From Octopus vulgaris (Eukaryota), in NCBI GenBank assembly GCA_951406725.2, contig OX597832.1:54622001-54686000 (forward strand): a stretch of 64,000 bases of DNA, read 5' to 3'. The position numbers and the translations under genes are program-made. Under the pieces are notes generated by a model. That model saw only the letters and a program-made list of their open reading frames with translations, had not been told where the DNA came from and did not search any database. This document shows positions 41,851-55,670 of this stretch, piece by piece. Each line of letters opens with the position of its first letter. Position 1 is the stretch's first letter.

Positions 41851-42038
41851 ATGAGTGTGTGTCTTCCATCAATATATGGTGACGTGTGTGTGTGTTTTTG
41901 TATGTGCGTGTATTGTGTGTGTATGTATGTATGTGTGTCTTCCATCAATATACGTGGCTGTGTATGTGTGTGTTTGTCCCATCAATGTATCTATTATATT
42001 AATCTATATGTTGATATATATATATTATATGTATATAT

Positions 42039-42101
<63 letters not shown>

Positions 42102-42196
42102 TGTGTGTGTGTTTTTCGACAATGTATCTATTATATTAATTGTGAAACGCACGCCATGAATGGATATGCTATGAAACCCAAGAAGAAAAACAACGG

Positions 42197-42267
<71 letters not shown>

Positions 42268-42860
42268 ATAAAGAAAAACAAAACGAAAAAAAAAACAACG
42301 CTAAAACAAGTAAATCCATTTTTCGAAAACTATATTCCTATATTTGGAAGTTGATATCGAACCGATCATTTTCTTCACGAGGAATCGTTTACCGTTCTTA
42401 CTGTTTCAGATAAATTGGAAACTTGATGATAATAATCTGATCATAGAACTGAATGGCCGTTGCAGTGTTTTTTAACCATTGCAAAAGAAGAAATATATAT
42501 CGCTATTTATATGGAAATGTCACACATGATATCATTGTTTATTGCTATCGCTCGTCGCACAAACGCACCATTTATCGTGAGTCAAAGATACGTCAACACC
42601 ACCCACGGAGTAGATAGCTTAAAAACTGTGTTAGGTCGCTGTTCTCCTTGTTCTATCTATCTAAGCTTGCTGTTTCTACACCAGCCAAGCAACACGTTTC
42701 GTTGTCCTTCCGTTGTCCTTCTGTTTCTAATCCTTTATGTTATCCTTCCTGGCCAGTGCTGGATTAACCATTAAGCAAAATAAACATGTGCTTAGGACAT
42801 CAAGGAAAGGAGTGGGGGGAGGGGGGCACCACAGAAATGGTAAATGGTTTACGACACAAA

Positions 42861-43091
42861 AGGCGGCAAGCTGGCAGAAACGTTAGCACGCCGGGCGAAA
42901 TGCTTAGCGGTATTTCGTCTGCGTTACGTTGTGAGTTCAAATTCCGCCGAGGTCGACTTTGCTTTTCATCCTTTCGGGGTCGAGAAATTAAGTACCAGTT
43001 ACGCACTGGGGTCGACGTAATCGACTTAATACCTATGTCTGTCCTTGTTTGTCCCCTCTGTGTTTAGCCCCTTGTGGGTAATAAAGAAATA
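42861..43091 (+). mobile_element. SINE family A monomer with TSD
   Basis: GGTTTACGACACAAA before and GGTTTACAACACAAA after. Confidence 0.9.
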
Positions 43092-43153
43092 GGTTTACAA
43101 CACAAATGAAATCACTTTAAAGTTGCTAAAATAATATTCAGGATGCATTTAAA

Positions 43154-43748
43154 GTGGCGAGCTGGCAGAATCGTTAGCACGCCGGGCGAAATACGTAGCC
43201 GTATTTCGTCTGCCGTTACGTTCTGAGTTCAAATTCTGCCGAGGTCGACTTTGCCTTTCATCCTTTCGGGGACGATAAAATAAGTACCAGTTATACATTG
43301 GGGTCGATGTAATCGACTTAATCCGTTTGTCTGTCCTTGTTTGTCCCCTCTGTGTTTAGCCCCTTGTGGGTAATAAAGAAATAGGTATTTCGTCTGTTTA
43401 GACGTTCTGAGTTCAAACTCTGCCGCGATCGACTTTGCCTTTCATCCTTTCGGGGACGATAAAATAAGTACCAGTTATACATTGGGGTCAATGTAATCGA
43501 CTTAATCCGTTTGTCTGTCCTTGTTTGTCCCCTCTGTTTTTAGCCCCTTATGGGTAGTAAAGAAATAGGTATTTTGTTTGCCGAGAAGGCGGCGAGCTGG
43601 CAGAAACGTTAGCACGCCGGGCGAAATGCGTAGCCGTATTTCGTCTGCCGTCGCGTTCTGAGTTCAAATTCCGCCGAGGTCGACTTTGCCTTTCATCCTT
43701 TCGGGATTGATGAATTAAGTACCAGTTGCATACTGGTATTGATCTAAT
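43154..43748 (+). mobile_element. SINE family A multimer plus a further headed copy
   Basis: AAAGAAATA-GGTATTT junctions at ~43384 and ~43568; new head at ~43588. Confidence 0.9.
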
Positions 43749-43939
43749 ATGCCAATATCAAAGACCGCACTTAGCAGCAATATCAAGACTACGAACACAA
43801 CCACAAGCTACTCCACCAATACCACCACTACAACGAACGAAATTATAATTAAAATGGCAACAATATCAACAATAATACATTCGCTGCAACGGCGACGAAA
43901 AGTAAAGAATTTTTCAAAATGGATCTTCTTCTGAAAGAC

Positions 43940-44500
43940 ATGCATCTAAGTGAGGCAGCTGCATTAATAATGCTGGAGAAAGCGCGGGTGGATATTCCCA
44001 TCCCCACCCGATATGTTGGCAGTCAGAAGGAATAAGAAATAACAGTGATGTACAAATGCATTTCGGTAAACACAAAGCGGCCAGAGATGGCTAACCTGGC
44101 GGCCGTGGAAAGTGCACTGAAGAATCTGTATGTATCGAGGGCAAAGCGGTTTGCAGACAGTTCAGCGCTCTTTCAATCTTGAGCCCTGGCTGCCAAACAC
44201 TCCGGAGTTCTCTGTCGGAGTGAAAAAATATGTACTCCATCCATCTTATTTAGGAAAGAGGATGTTGCGCATAATGATCGCTGGAATACTACCAGAGGTA
44301 AACTTGTGGTGGATTTTAGCGTGTATTGTTTTGGAAGGGAGCAACAGCCTCCTGAAAGTGAAGATCACCAGTCGCGAAAATTAGTCTGGGACCAATGTGG
44401 AGGTGCTCCTTCACATTAATCCAGAAGTAATTTATAAGATCCCAGACCTCATTCACCTTCCAGGAGGGGCAAAGCTACACGTTACAGTAGAGGGCAGAAG
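43940..44500 (+). pseudogene. degenerate Tx1/L1-like LINE ORF1 fragment
   Basis: YVLHPSYLGKRMLRIMIAGILPEV..IPDLIHLPGGAKLHVTVEGR resembles the region preceding the ORF1 zinc knuckle; cut off by SINE B. Confidence 0.45.
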
Positions 44501-44502
44501 CC

Positions 44503-44916
44503 TAGTACTTATTCTATCGGTCTATCTTGCCGAACCGCTACTGACGGGGACGTAAACACACCAGCATCGGTTGTCAAGCGATATTGAGGGGACAAACACA
44601 GACACACAAACATATACATACATACATGCATACATACATACATACATACATGCATACATACATACATACATACATACATACATACATACATACATACATA
44701 CATACAAACATACATACATACACACAGACACATATATTTATATATATATTTATATATATACGACGGGCTTGTTTCAGTTTCCGTCTACCAAATCCACTCA
44801 CAAGGCTTTGGTCGGCCCGAGGCTATAGTAGAAGACACTTACCCAAGGTGCCACTCAGTGAGACTGAACCTGGAACCATGTGGTTGGTAAGTAAGCTACT
44901 TACCACACAGCCACTC
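44503..44916 (-). mobile_element. SINE family B with internal (TACA)n
   Basis: Reverse-complement match; another diverged copy lies at 45372-45711. Confidence 0.9.
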
Positions 44917-46188
44917 AGCGCATTTCGTTTTTATTCTCCTCTTTCGTTTTACGAATTCAGTGTGCACATGCACATAGCGTGTTCATACTTCTCTTTCTGG
45001 TGCACACTCAAAACTGTTTAGAGATCACATCCATCTCACAAACCTGCGCAAGCGAGGAGCGCCTCGCGCTCCGATGGTTGTGAAAGATTTTTCATTGGGT
45101 GTGACGTGTAAGGGGCAAATCACTTTTCGGTTTTCTTTCAATATTTCACAAGAACGGTGCAAAAACGCGAAATGGTTGCGTTCGTCGAAAGGACTCAAAT
45201 GGGATTCGAATTAATATCCATGGCTTATCTCGCCGAGAGCTTACCCCTACAACACATTCTTGGATACGATAAAAACGCAGTAAGCCTAAGTTTACGGCCG
45301 GCAAGAACAAACTGCGGCACGCGGCATTCTCCGAATGGCACATCTAATTTCACGAGGAAAATAAAAAAAAGTCTTTTACTTGTTTCAGTGATTAGACTGC
45401 GGCTACGCTGGAGCACCACCTTGACACATTTTAGTCGAACGAATCAACACCAGTATCTATTATATTTAAAGCCTGGTGCTTACTTTAATGGTTTCTTTAT
45501 CTGAACTGATAAGATACGGGGACGTAATTATACCAACACCGGTTGTCAAGAGCTGGTGAGGGACAAACGGACACACACACACACACACGCACACATTTAT
45601 GCACACACACATGGTGGACTTCTTTCAGTTTCCGTCTACAAATCCGCAATGGATTTGAACGCGGAACCATGTGCTTAAGGAACAAAATTCTTACCACACA
45701 ACCACACCTGCATAATTTTTTTTTTTTTGTAGTGCGGCCCGCCTGGTGATGATCCACGTTTCACCCGCCCCGTTTCTCGAAAATGGTTGTCCACGCTTGG
45801 TTAACGGTGTAACGACTTCATTCCGATGAAGTCGGACATATAGCCGATTGGTGTTCAGAGACAAAATAACGACATCAAAATATTTTGATATTTACACGGC
45901 TGCTGGTCACGACAGCGCATTCATAGGAAAATCAAGCAAATTTCAATAATTACATTTAATTAAAATTACTTCAGAAAAGCAACAGAGTTGGCCAAACAGC
46001 TTGTCTTATTGTTGGTTCTTATTTACACATACATACACATGTAAAACAGATATAAATACATACGTTACACACACATATACATATATACATGCCGATAGAC
46101 AGACATACGGACAGACACAGATACATACACACGCATATATGCATACATATGTATACTAGATATCAACATATCAGTACATATACACACA

Positions 46189-46280
<92 letters not shown>

Positions 46281-46312
46281 GTATACACGCATACGAAAAT
46301 TTATAAAACGGT

Positions 46313-46356
<44 letters not shown>

Positions 46357-46434
46357 TTATGTATCTTATTTTATTTACATTTAAATCCTATATATATATA
46401 TGTGTGTGTGTGTGTGTATCCTAGTTGCTTTCTC

Positions 46435-46470
<36 letters not shown>

Positions 46471-46885
46471 ATGTATGTATGTATGTATATATATATGCAC
46501 ATATGTATTTATAAGTACATATATATATATATGTATACTTTGTATATACATATATCTATCTTTTTCTGTCTACTATATATATATATATACACATATCTAT
46601 GTGTACCTATGTGAGTATATGTGTGTGTGCGTGTGTGCGTGTGTGCGTGTGTGTATTATGTATACATATATATGTACACACACGTAGACACATACACACA
46701 CACATACGCACACGCATACAGACACACCCATGGATTTCGAAATTATTTATTCGCCAAAACCCGTCAACTCGTCAATTCGTTTTCCTTTCATTCCTGAAGA
46801 GAGCGTGAGGTAAACAAAGAACGAGGTCTTTGAAAGCAGGAATGGTTCCTCACCCTCCCTCTTTCTGTCCCTCCCACGCTCATCC

Positions 46886-47015
46886 TCACACACACATATA
46901 CACACACAATCACACACACACACATACACACATACACACACACACACACACACACTCACACACACTCACACACATACACACACACACTCACACACACACT
47001 AACACACTCACACAA

Positions 47016-47048
<33 letters not shown>

Positions 47049-47112
47049 TACACACACACTCACACACATACACACACACACTCACACACATACTCACACA
47101 CTCACACACACA

Positions 47113-47163
<51 letters not shown>

Positions 47164-47195
47164 ACATATACACACACACTCACACACACACACAA

Positions 47196-47227
<32 letters not shown>

Positions 47228-47346
47228 ACATACACACACACACTCACATACACACAAACACACACACACACTCACACACAAACACACACACACACTAACA
47301 CACATACACACACACTCACACACTCACACACAAACACAGACTCACA

Positions 47347-47385
<39 letters not shown>

Positions 47386-47403
47386 ACACACACACACACA
47401 CAC
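46886..47403. repeat. long imperfect (CA)n
   Basis: Direct inspection. Confidence 0.95.
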
Positions 47404-48126
47404 AGAAGCCCGCTTTTTCTTTCTTACAGTAATTTCTAAACATTTCGTGTAAAACGAGACAGCCAGATCATGATACAATTCCGCACTCTGCGCTGTTGTT
47501 AGTTTAACATTGCAATTATCTACCAGGCCTCACTAGCGTATAATATATCGAAGAAAGAGTATGAAAAATGTCACTTCTATTTTGAACACTTCATCGATAT
47601 TTTTAGCGTGAGGTTTTCAACATAAATGATTTCGTGTAGTGGTGGTGCTGGTGCTGGAGGCACTAGTGAGAAGAGGAGTAGGTCTGGGTGGTGGAGAAAA
47701 ACCGAAACGCACAGAAAATGATGTCCCAATATATCGATGTAGACACTGTGTTTTGTATTATTTATTTTCTTTGTCGTTGTTTTTAGCCTGACGGATTAAG
47801 ATGAATTGGGGTGGGGTGGGGGACACATAGGCGCAGGCGTGGCCACGTAGTAAGAAATTTGCTTCTGAACCACATGTATCTAGGTTCAGTCCCACTGCGA
47901 GGCCATTTTGAATGAGTGGCTTCTATTGTAGTTCCGGGTCGTCCAAAGAAACTTGTGAGAAACTTTAGTAGACGGAAACCGAAAGAAGCCCGTCGTTCAT
48001 ATATATATATATTTATATATATATATACAACGGGAAAGTTTACGAAAAAAAACAAAAGGCGAAGGCAGGTGGAGTACAAACAAATAAATGTATTAGTATA
48101 GTGCTCAGGAATAGAAATAGAAAAAG

Positions 48127-48164
48127 TCTTTTACGTTTCGAGCCTACGCTCATCGACAGAAAGA
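48127..48164 (-). ncRNA. minimal hammerhead-like motif (A6U core variant)
   Basis: TCTTT-CTGTCGA-T-GAGC-GTAG-GCTC-GAAA-CG-TA-AAAGA, inside a ~180-bp element flanked by (TA)n (48028-48206). Confidence 0.6.
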
Positions 48165-48228
48165 TACACAGAAAAAACAAGGAGAGAAAAAATGCGTGTA
48201 GGAGCTATATATATATATATATATACAG

Positions 48229-48280
<52 letters not shown>

Positions 48281-48387
48281 TGCAAAATAAAAGCAGCTCT
48301 AGTCGCACATACATAGTGTATATGTTTTGTTTAAACGCCCATTTGCAGCGGGATGCCACCCAAGGAAAGCCCCCTACAGGGCTTTAA

Positions 48388-48472
<85 letters not shown>

Positions 48473-48841
48473 AATACAAAATGGGACAAGAACGCAAAAT
48501 ATTCAGAAGACGATACAAAAAACACGGACGGGTCATTCGAAGCCTTCAATCTTCAGTCAAAAACCGGATCATCCTCGCAATTTCGGCTGATTAATCTTCA
48601 GATTACTCCAATCCGGCCAGCCCCAAGGAAAAACTAAGCTAAGAGCACCAGATTCCTTGGAAAAAAGCTTCGAATGTATACGAAACAAGGACGGAAAAAC
48701 GGACGATGTTAAACGAAGTTAAAAAAGATATAATAAATGCACGAATTAACAGAAAACAGACACAGACATAGAAGTTAACTAACTCCACGTCAGTTATCGG
48801 CCAGAGGGTCGGGGGCCAAATGCAATTTCGCGCCTATAACG

Positions 48842-48915
<74 letters not shown>

Positions 48916-49124
48916 ATACATACATACATAATGCATACATACATACATAATACATACATAAATAATACATATATACATACATACATACATGCATACATAC
49001 ATACATACATGCATCCATACATACATACATATATATATACATACATACATACATACATACATACATACATACATACATGCACACATACATACATACATAT
49101 ATACATACATACATACATACATAT

Positions 49125-49155
<31 letters not shown>

Positions 49156-50064
49156 CATACATACATATATACGATGTGTGTTTTTGTTTGTTATCCACTC
49201 CCGCTTGATAACCGGTGTTTGTTCGACTACGTCCGCCTAACTTAGCAGTTCGGCGAAAAAGACAACCGATAGAATAAGTACTCGGCTTTAAAACGAAATA
49301 AGTGAAATAAAAAAAAAAGTCGTGGAGTCGATTTGTTCGACTAGAAAAACTTTGAAGGCGGTGCTCCAGCATGGCAGCCAAAAAAATAAAAATAAATGAA
49401 AGATTAATGATACAAAATTACACAGACAAGAATCCCGTTTAAATATAGATTTTTTTTTTTTTTTCCTTTTCTTGTATCTCTATTGGAGACTCGAATGTTG
49501 CTCCGGCTCTGTTCTTCGACCAGAATACATCACTTCTGCTAGAATCGCGTTACTATATAATTAATGCCAGTGACATAGGACTCAGCCGATAGTGTTTTCG
49601 ATATTTCTTGAACATTGTTTTGTCTTCAGGAAAAAAAAAAAAAAAAAAAAAAAAGAAAAAAAGTAAAACACAAAAATAAAAAACAAGCAAGGAAACAAAC
49701 AAAACCAAGCAAAAAATTAAACAAACAAACAAACAAAGGGGGGGGGGGAAAAGAGACGTTAGGTTGCACTTTGTACGCCGTTCTACTGTTAGAAATTCAA
49801 TTAAGAGCGAATACGTCCTAAATATATCGGGAAATTCACGCACGCATAAATATACACGTACACGCACGCACGCACCTACGCACGCACCAACGTATTCATA
49901 GATAAAACAACACACAAACACACACACACACACACACACACCTACTGACGCATGCGCACACATACGTGCATGCATTCGCACAGTATAGACGCATCACACG
50001 CAAATATATATATATATATAGAATACAAAATGGGACAAGAATGCAAAACGCATATGTATATATG

Positions 50065-50157
<93 letters not shown>

Positions 50158-50189
50158 TACACACACATATGTATATATATATATGTATG

Positions 50190-50290
<101 letters not shown>

Positions 50291-50995
50291 GTACATGTGC
50301 ACACACATGCACATATATATGTATGTCTGTCTGTCTGTATATATGCGTACGTGCAAACATACGTACCTACATACATACATAGTATATACAAGCTTGAAGG
50401 TATGTTCATATATTAAAACAGGCTGGGATATATATATATATATACTTATATATATATATATGGGAGAGAGGGGGAGAGACAAAGAGAGGAGGCGAGAGAC
50501 CACGATGGGGGTGGAAGAGAGGGAAGCAGGGGGAGAAAGAGGGAAGAGGATAGGATGGAGAAGTAGTTGTAAGTCCTTGTGTGTTTGTGTGTGGTGGGGG
50601 AAGAGAGAGAAAACAGAGAGAAAAACAGAAAGAAGAAAAGAGTCATAGGTAGTAGCAAAGAGAGAGAGAGAGAGAGAGATAGGAGTGAGAGGGGGTGTGG
50701 ATTAGAGAGAGAGATTGAGAGAAAGGAGGGAAAAGAGAGGAGGAACTGTGTGCGTGGGTGTGTGAGCGTGAGTTATTGTGTGTGTGCGTGTGTGTGTATG
50801 ATTGGGGGTAACGAGTGAGAGAGGATGAGAGAGATGAAGTAGCAAGGGAATTGTAAAGAGAGGCAGAGAGAGAGAGAGAGAGAGAATGAATGAAAGAGAG
50901 AAAGAGGTAGATGAGAAGGGAACGAGGGAAACAGCTTGTGTGTATGTGTGTGTGTTTAGATAGATAGATCGATAGATAAATAGACAGACAGAGAA

Positions 50996-51032
<37 letters not shown>

Positions 51033-51035
51033 TAG

Positions 51036-51066
<31 letters not shown>

Positions 51067-51118
51067 GATAGATCGATAGATAGATTTGTTGACTGACAGA
51101 CAGACAGACAGACAGACT

Positions 51119-51160
<42 letters not shown>

Positions 51161-51436
51161 CAGACAGATCGATCGATCGATCGATAGATAGATAGAAGAA
51201 GAGGTAGATAGATAGAGAGGTAGATAGAGAAAAAGAGAAACAGCTATATATATATATACAGAGAGAGAGGGGGGAGAGAGAAGGAGAGAGAAAGATGGAA
51301 AAGGGATGGAGGAGGGAGGGTGGGAGGGTAATATTTGAGCAATGTGCGCTGAATGTTCGAATGAACTGTTTTGTTGGAAGGGTCTCGGCACGCAAAGGCC
51401 TCTTTAAGCACGAAATGATACATTGCTGCGTGGATC

Positions 51437-51490
<54 letters not shown>

Positions 51491-52134
51491 TTCTCTCTTC
51501 TAATATCTTGAGACAGTCAATGTATAGCGTGACAAGACAATAATGGGGTGTGATGGATCGGAGAATTATCTCCAGAACATTCCAAAGCCGTGTTTGGCAT
51601 TATAAAAATAAAATAAAATAAAATAAAATAAAATAAAATAAAATAAAATAAAATAAAACAAGACTGATTGTTATATCAAAACGTTAAAATTCCGTAAGCT
51701 GAAATGCTGCCATGCGCATAGCAGATCAGTTTGATATCTCAACAACGATAAAACAATAGAATGGTTTGGTAGTTTGTGAGGAACCAATGTGTGTTGTTGT
51801 CAATACTAGTAATGAAATGTACATACATATGTATACAGCATTCATATACATATACGTTTAAATAAATATAAATATAAATATATATATGTATATATAATTA
51901 ATAATATCAAGGGTAATAAGAAATATTAGAAATTTCTATCACCAGTAGTCTAACGTGTAAAAATTTAGTCAATAGGTTATATATTATTCATATAAATATA
52001 GTGTACCTTTAAACACATAAGAGGCATCAATCATAGGATTCCTTGCATGCTAGAAAGAACAGTTAAGTCCCAAACCACTGTTAGGGATAAAACTTCGAAG
52101 GGAATTAAAAATAATAACATTTACCATCTAAATT

Positions 52135-52201
52135 CTGGACCATGGTTTCAGACATTTTTTAGCAAATAAAATAATTTGCTCGGCGAAGTCTTCTTCAGCA
52201 G
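52135..52201 (-). ncRNA. type-I hammerhead ribozyme motif, left arm
   Basis: CTG-CTGAAGA-AGAC(..AGCAAAT/ATTTGCT..)GTCT-GAAA-CCATGG-TC-CAG; stem III is the palindrome ACCATGGT; GUC triplet. Confidence 0.75.
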
Positions 52202-52342
52202 GTACATATTAGATTAAACATATATACACGAGGCAATCCAGCATATGCCCCGAGCTTGCGCGGTAAATTTGAAAAATTAGAATGTATAACGTCGGGGCAT
52301 ATACTGGATTGCCTCGTGTATATATGTTTCATCTAAGGGGTA

Positions 52343-52411
52343 CCTGCTGAAGAAGACTTCGCTTAGCAAATTATTTTATTTGCTAAAAAAAATTTGAAAC
52401 CATTGTCCAGG
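52343..52411 (+). ncRNA. type-I hammerhead ribozyme motif, right arm
   Basis: CCTG-CTGAAGA-AGAC(..TTAGCAAAT/ATTTGCTAA..)ATTT-GAAA-CCATTG-TC-CAGG. Confidence 0.7.
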
Positions 52412-52617
52412 AGACTGATAGTAAATGTTTTTATTTTTCATTCCTTTCGAAGTTTTATCCCTAATAGCGGTTTGAAATTTAACTGTTCTGTCTAGCATGC
52501 AAGGAGTCCTATGATGGATGCCACTTATGTGTTTAAATGTACATTGTATTTATATGTATGTATGTGTGTGTGTGTGTTCGTGTGTGCGTGCGTATAAGTA
52601 TAGATATATATATGTTC

Positions 52618-52750
52618 AGGGGTTACACAAAATAATGGAAACACCTTAAAATTTCAAACAAATTTATTTCAATATGGGATAGGACCGCCTTTGGCAGTAA
52701 TTACACCTTGAATTCTACGAGGTATGGCCTCGTACAAAGTTCGAATTGTT
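52618..52750 (-). mobile_element. 3' end and TIR of the same Tc1-like family as 30534-31720
   Basis: Reverse complement matches 31597-31720; TIR CAGGGGTTACACAAAATAATGGAAACACC. Confidence 0.85.
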
Positions 52751-52895
52751 CCGGCAAGTTGCAATAAACAATTAAAATATTGTCATCGGAAATGAAAGAT
52801 AAAAACATACACTAACAAATTAGAAGCACCAGGAAGTGACCGCACGAATGAGACTGCATAATGAAGGGTGGATATTTACTTTAAGATGTACATAT

Positions 52896-52930
<35 letters not shown>

Positions 52931-52933
52931 CAT

Positions 52934-53242
52934 AGGCGCAGGAATGGCCGTATGGTAAGTAGCTTGCATCTCAACCACATGGCTACGGGTTCAGTTCTAC
53001 ACTCTTTCTCTCTCACAATCTATCTATCTATCTATCTATCTCTGTGTATGTATGTGTGTGTGTGTGTGTGTGGCTGTGTGGTAAGAAGTTTGCCTCCCAA
53101 TCTCATGGTTCTGGGTTCAGTCCCTCTACGTGGCACCTTGCGCAAGTGTCTTCTACTTTAGCCTCAAGCCGACCAAAGCCTTGTGAGTGGATTTAGTAGA
53201 CGGAAACGGAAAGAAGCCCGTCATACATACACACACACACAC

Positions 53243-53302
<60 letters not shown>

Positions 53303-53528
53303 ATATATGTATGTACGTATGAATGTTTGTGTGTCTGTGCTTGTCTCCCATCATCGCTTGACAACCGATATTCGTGTGTTTACATTCCCGTAAGCTAGCG
53401 GTTCGGCAAAAGTGACCGATAGCATGGCAGGCTTACGAAGAATAAGTCCTGGGATCGATTTTTTTTCGACTAAAAGACGGTGCTCCAGCATAGCCGCAGT
53501 CAAATGACCGAAACAGGCAAGAGAATAA
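52934..53528 (+). mobile_element. SINE family B head fragment (52934-52996) and near full copy (53070-53528)
   Basis: Match to family B. Confidence 0.85.
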
Positions 53529-53531
53529 ATG

Positions 53532-53595
<64 letters not shown>

Positions 53596-53596
<1 letters not shown>

Positions 53597-53853
53597 TTCG
53601 TTTTGGGATTTGGTTTGCAAGTTTCTTTATATGATTTCGTGTGTTGAAGCATATTCTGTTGTGTCTGGGGAGAGTCATTTTCTTCTAGTGCCTTATACTT
53701 AACATACTCACCGGTAAAATTTCCACTTATTTCTTTTTTTTTTTTTTTTTTCTAAAATTTTCGTTGCGTCTTGCAACCTTTTCAATAGTCTTGACTCTTT
53801 TAGAAAATAAAAAATAAGAAAAAAGTGGAAATTTTACCGGTGGGTGTGTTAAA
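53596..53853. mobile_element. head-to-head pair of a Penelope-like terminal element; hammerhead motif at 53752-53788 (minus)
   Basis: 53800-53853 is an inverted copy of part of 53699-53755; minus strand CTA-TTGAAAA-G-GTTGC-AAGAC-GCAAC-GAAA-AT-TT-TAG. Confidence 0.65.
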
Positions 53854-54379
53854 TAATAATAATATATATATATCCGCGCCAAGTAGTGTTTAGGCATAAG
53901 CGAACTTTCGCTTAGTTAAAATATGTTTGTAATATATTTCCACTTCTAAAGGCAAATTTTTACTCCACAGTAACTGCAGTGAATTTGTCTTTAGAATTTG
54001 AAAATATGTTTGCTGCAAAAAGATAAACAGCTGGAAGCATTACTACAGACAAAGCATGGATTTACCAAAGAAATAAACACGAAATTCGGCTTAGAAACAT
54101 ATGCGAAGGCAACCTTGAAAAGAGAAAAACTAGTTAAGAGTAATACTATCTCACTAGATAAAGAAAATGAAATAAGAGAATTAGGCCAATCTCAGACATA
54201 CAAATACGTATGAATCAATGAACTAGATACGGTAAAACACACAGAAACAAAAACAAAACTAAGGAACGAATACTATAGATGAGTTAGATTAATACTTAAA
54301 ACAGGGCTCTGTGCGTAAAACAAGACAAGAGGTATCAATACTCAAGTTGTTTCAGTTATAGGAAAACTAGAAAAAAACT

Positions 54380-54710
54380 CCGCCCGTCAAAATTCGTGGA
54401 CATGTTTACAAAGTCAGAAAACAGCACAGCTCCCATGACTTCCGGAAACATTTTTTCATGCTGAGAGTTGCTGAAGCATGGAACAAACTGCCGGCATCAG
54501 TTGTTAGTTGTCGGAGCACTGCATCCTTCAAAACTTCCATGCTTTCTGAGATTCGCCAACACTACACCTGATTTCCTCTCCTCCATACACACACAAGCAT
54601 GTATCTGACTCATACATTGTTCGCTTTCCAGACATTTTTACATTACTGCATATACTTTATACGCACTTTCTGACAAGTTGTGGTGCACCTGAGCACTGTA
54701 TACAATAATT

Positions 54711-54777
<67 letters not shown>
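54380..54777 (+). mobile_element. 5'-truncated CR1-clade LINE with (ATT)n tail
   Basis: 54395-54571 RGHVYKVRKQHSSHDFRKHFFMLRVAEAWNKLPASVVSCRSTASFK..*, typical CR1 ORF2 C-terminus. Confidence 0.8.
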
Positions 54778-55283
54778 GACGGAATTTAGAGTACACAGCT
54801 CATATAACGGTTATATATACAACAAATTGAAGGTGGTAAAGGATTTGTGCAATTAGAAAGGTGTTATTAAATATCCACCATAGGATTACAGAAATATCTA
54901 ACTTAGAACGTAGGAAATCTGTTACAAACAGCTAGACAGCACGAGCAAAACACACACAAAAAACTCTTTTTGTCTTCAAAGAAGCCAAAAAAATAGAAGC
55001 AGTAGTCATATCTGATAACTATAGGAAAAGATGAAAGAAACAAAAGAAGTAAAGCAGCTAAAATCTAAGCTAAAACTACAACTAAAAAATAACATGATAA
55101 AAGGATGGCAAGAAAAGCTCTTACATGGCAAATACAGGGATGAGCTAAATAGGAGAGAAATAGACAAAGTAAAATCTTAGCAATGGTCGAGAAGTTCAGG
55201 GCTCAGAGCAGAGACGGAAGGGGTTTTTAATTGCAGCACAAATTCGAAGCTTCCCTACTAGCAACCACGAAAAACACATAATA

Positions 55284-55670
55284 CTCTTTTACTTGTTTCA
55301 GTCATTTGACTGCGACCATGCTGGAGCACCGCTTTTAGTCGAGCAAATCGACCCCGGGACTTATTCTTTGTAAGCCCAGTACTTATTCTATCGGTCTTTT
55401 TTGCCGAACCGCTAAGATACGGGGACCTAAATACACCAGCATCGGTTGTCAAGCGATGTTGGTGGGACAAACACAGACACACAAACATACACACACACAT
55501 ACATATACATATATATACGACGGGCTTCTTTCAATTTCCGTCTACCAAATCCACTCACAAAGGCTTTGTTCGGCCCGAGGCTATAGTAGAAGACACTTGC
55601 CCAAGGTGCCACTGAACCCGGAACCATGTGGTTGGTAAGCAAGCTACTTACCACACAGCCACTCCTACGT
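55284..55670 (-). mobile_element. SINE family B nested in the Dong-type copy
   Basis: Reverse-complement match; LINE reading resumes at ~55673 (MKKNTSNCRVC). Confidence 0.9.

Larger units (their letters stand above)
51989..52556. mobile_element. ~570-bp foldback: two head-to-head copies of a hammerhead-bearing element
   Basis: Arms 51989-52253 and 52292-52556 are imperfect inverted repeats with a 38-nt spacer; related to 15900-16140. Confidence 0.85.

Noticed and set aside
45020-45960. CpG-rich unique segments around a SINE B copy and a 115-aa ORF
   Set aside because: ORF runs into SINE sequence; no recognisable domain or termini
48470-48760. Two minus-strand CTGAAGA motifs in a TA-flanked repeat (start also at ~50022)
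   Set aside because: Could not build stem II and stem I around either core
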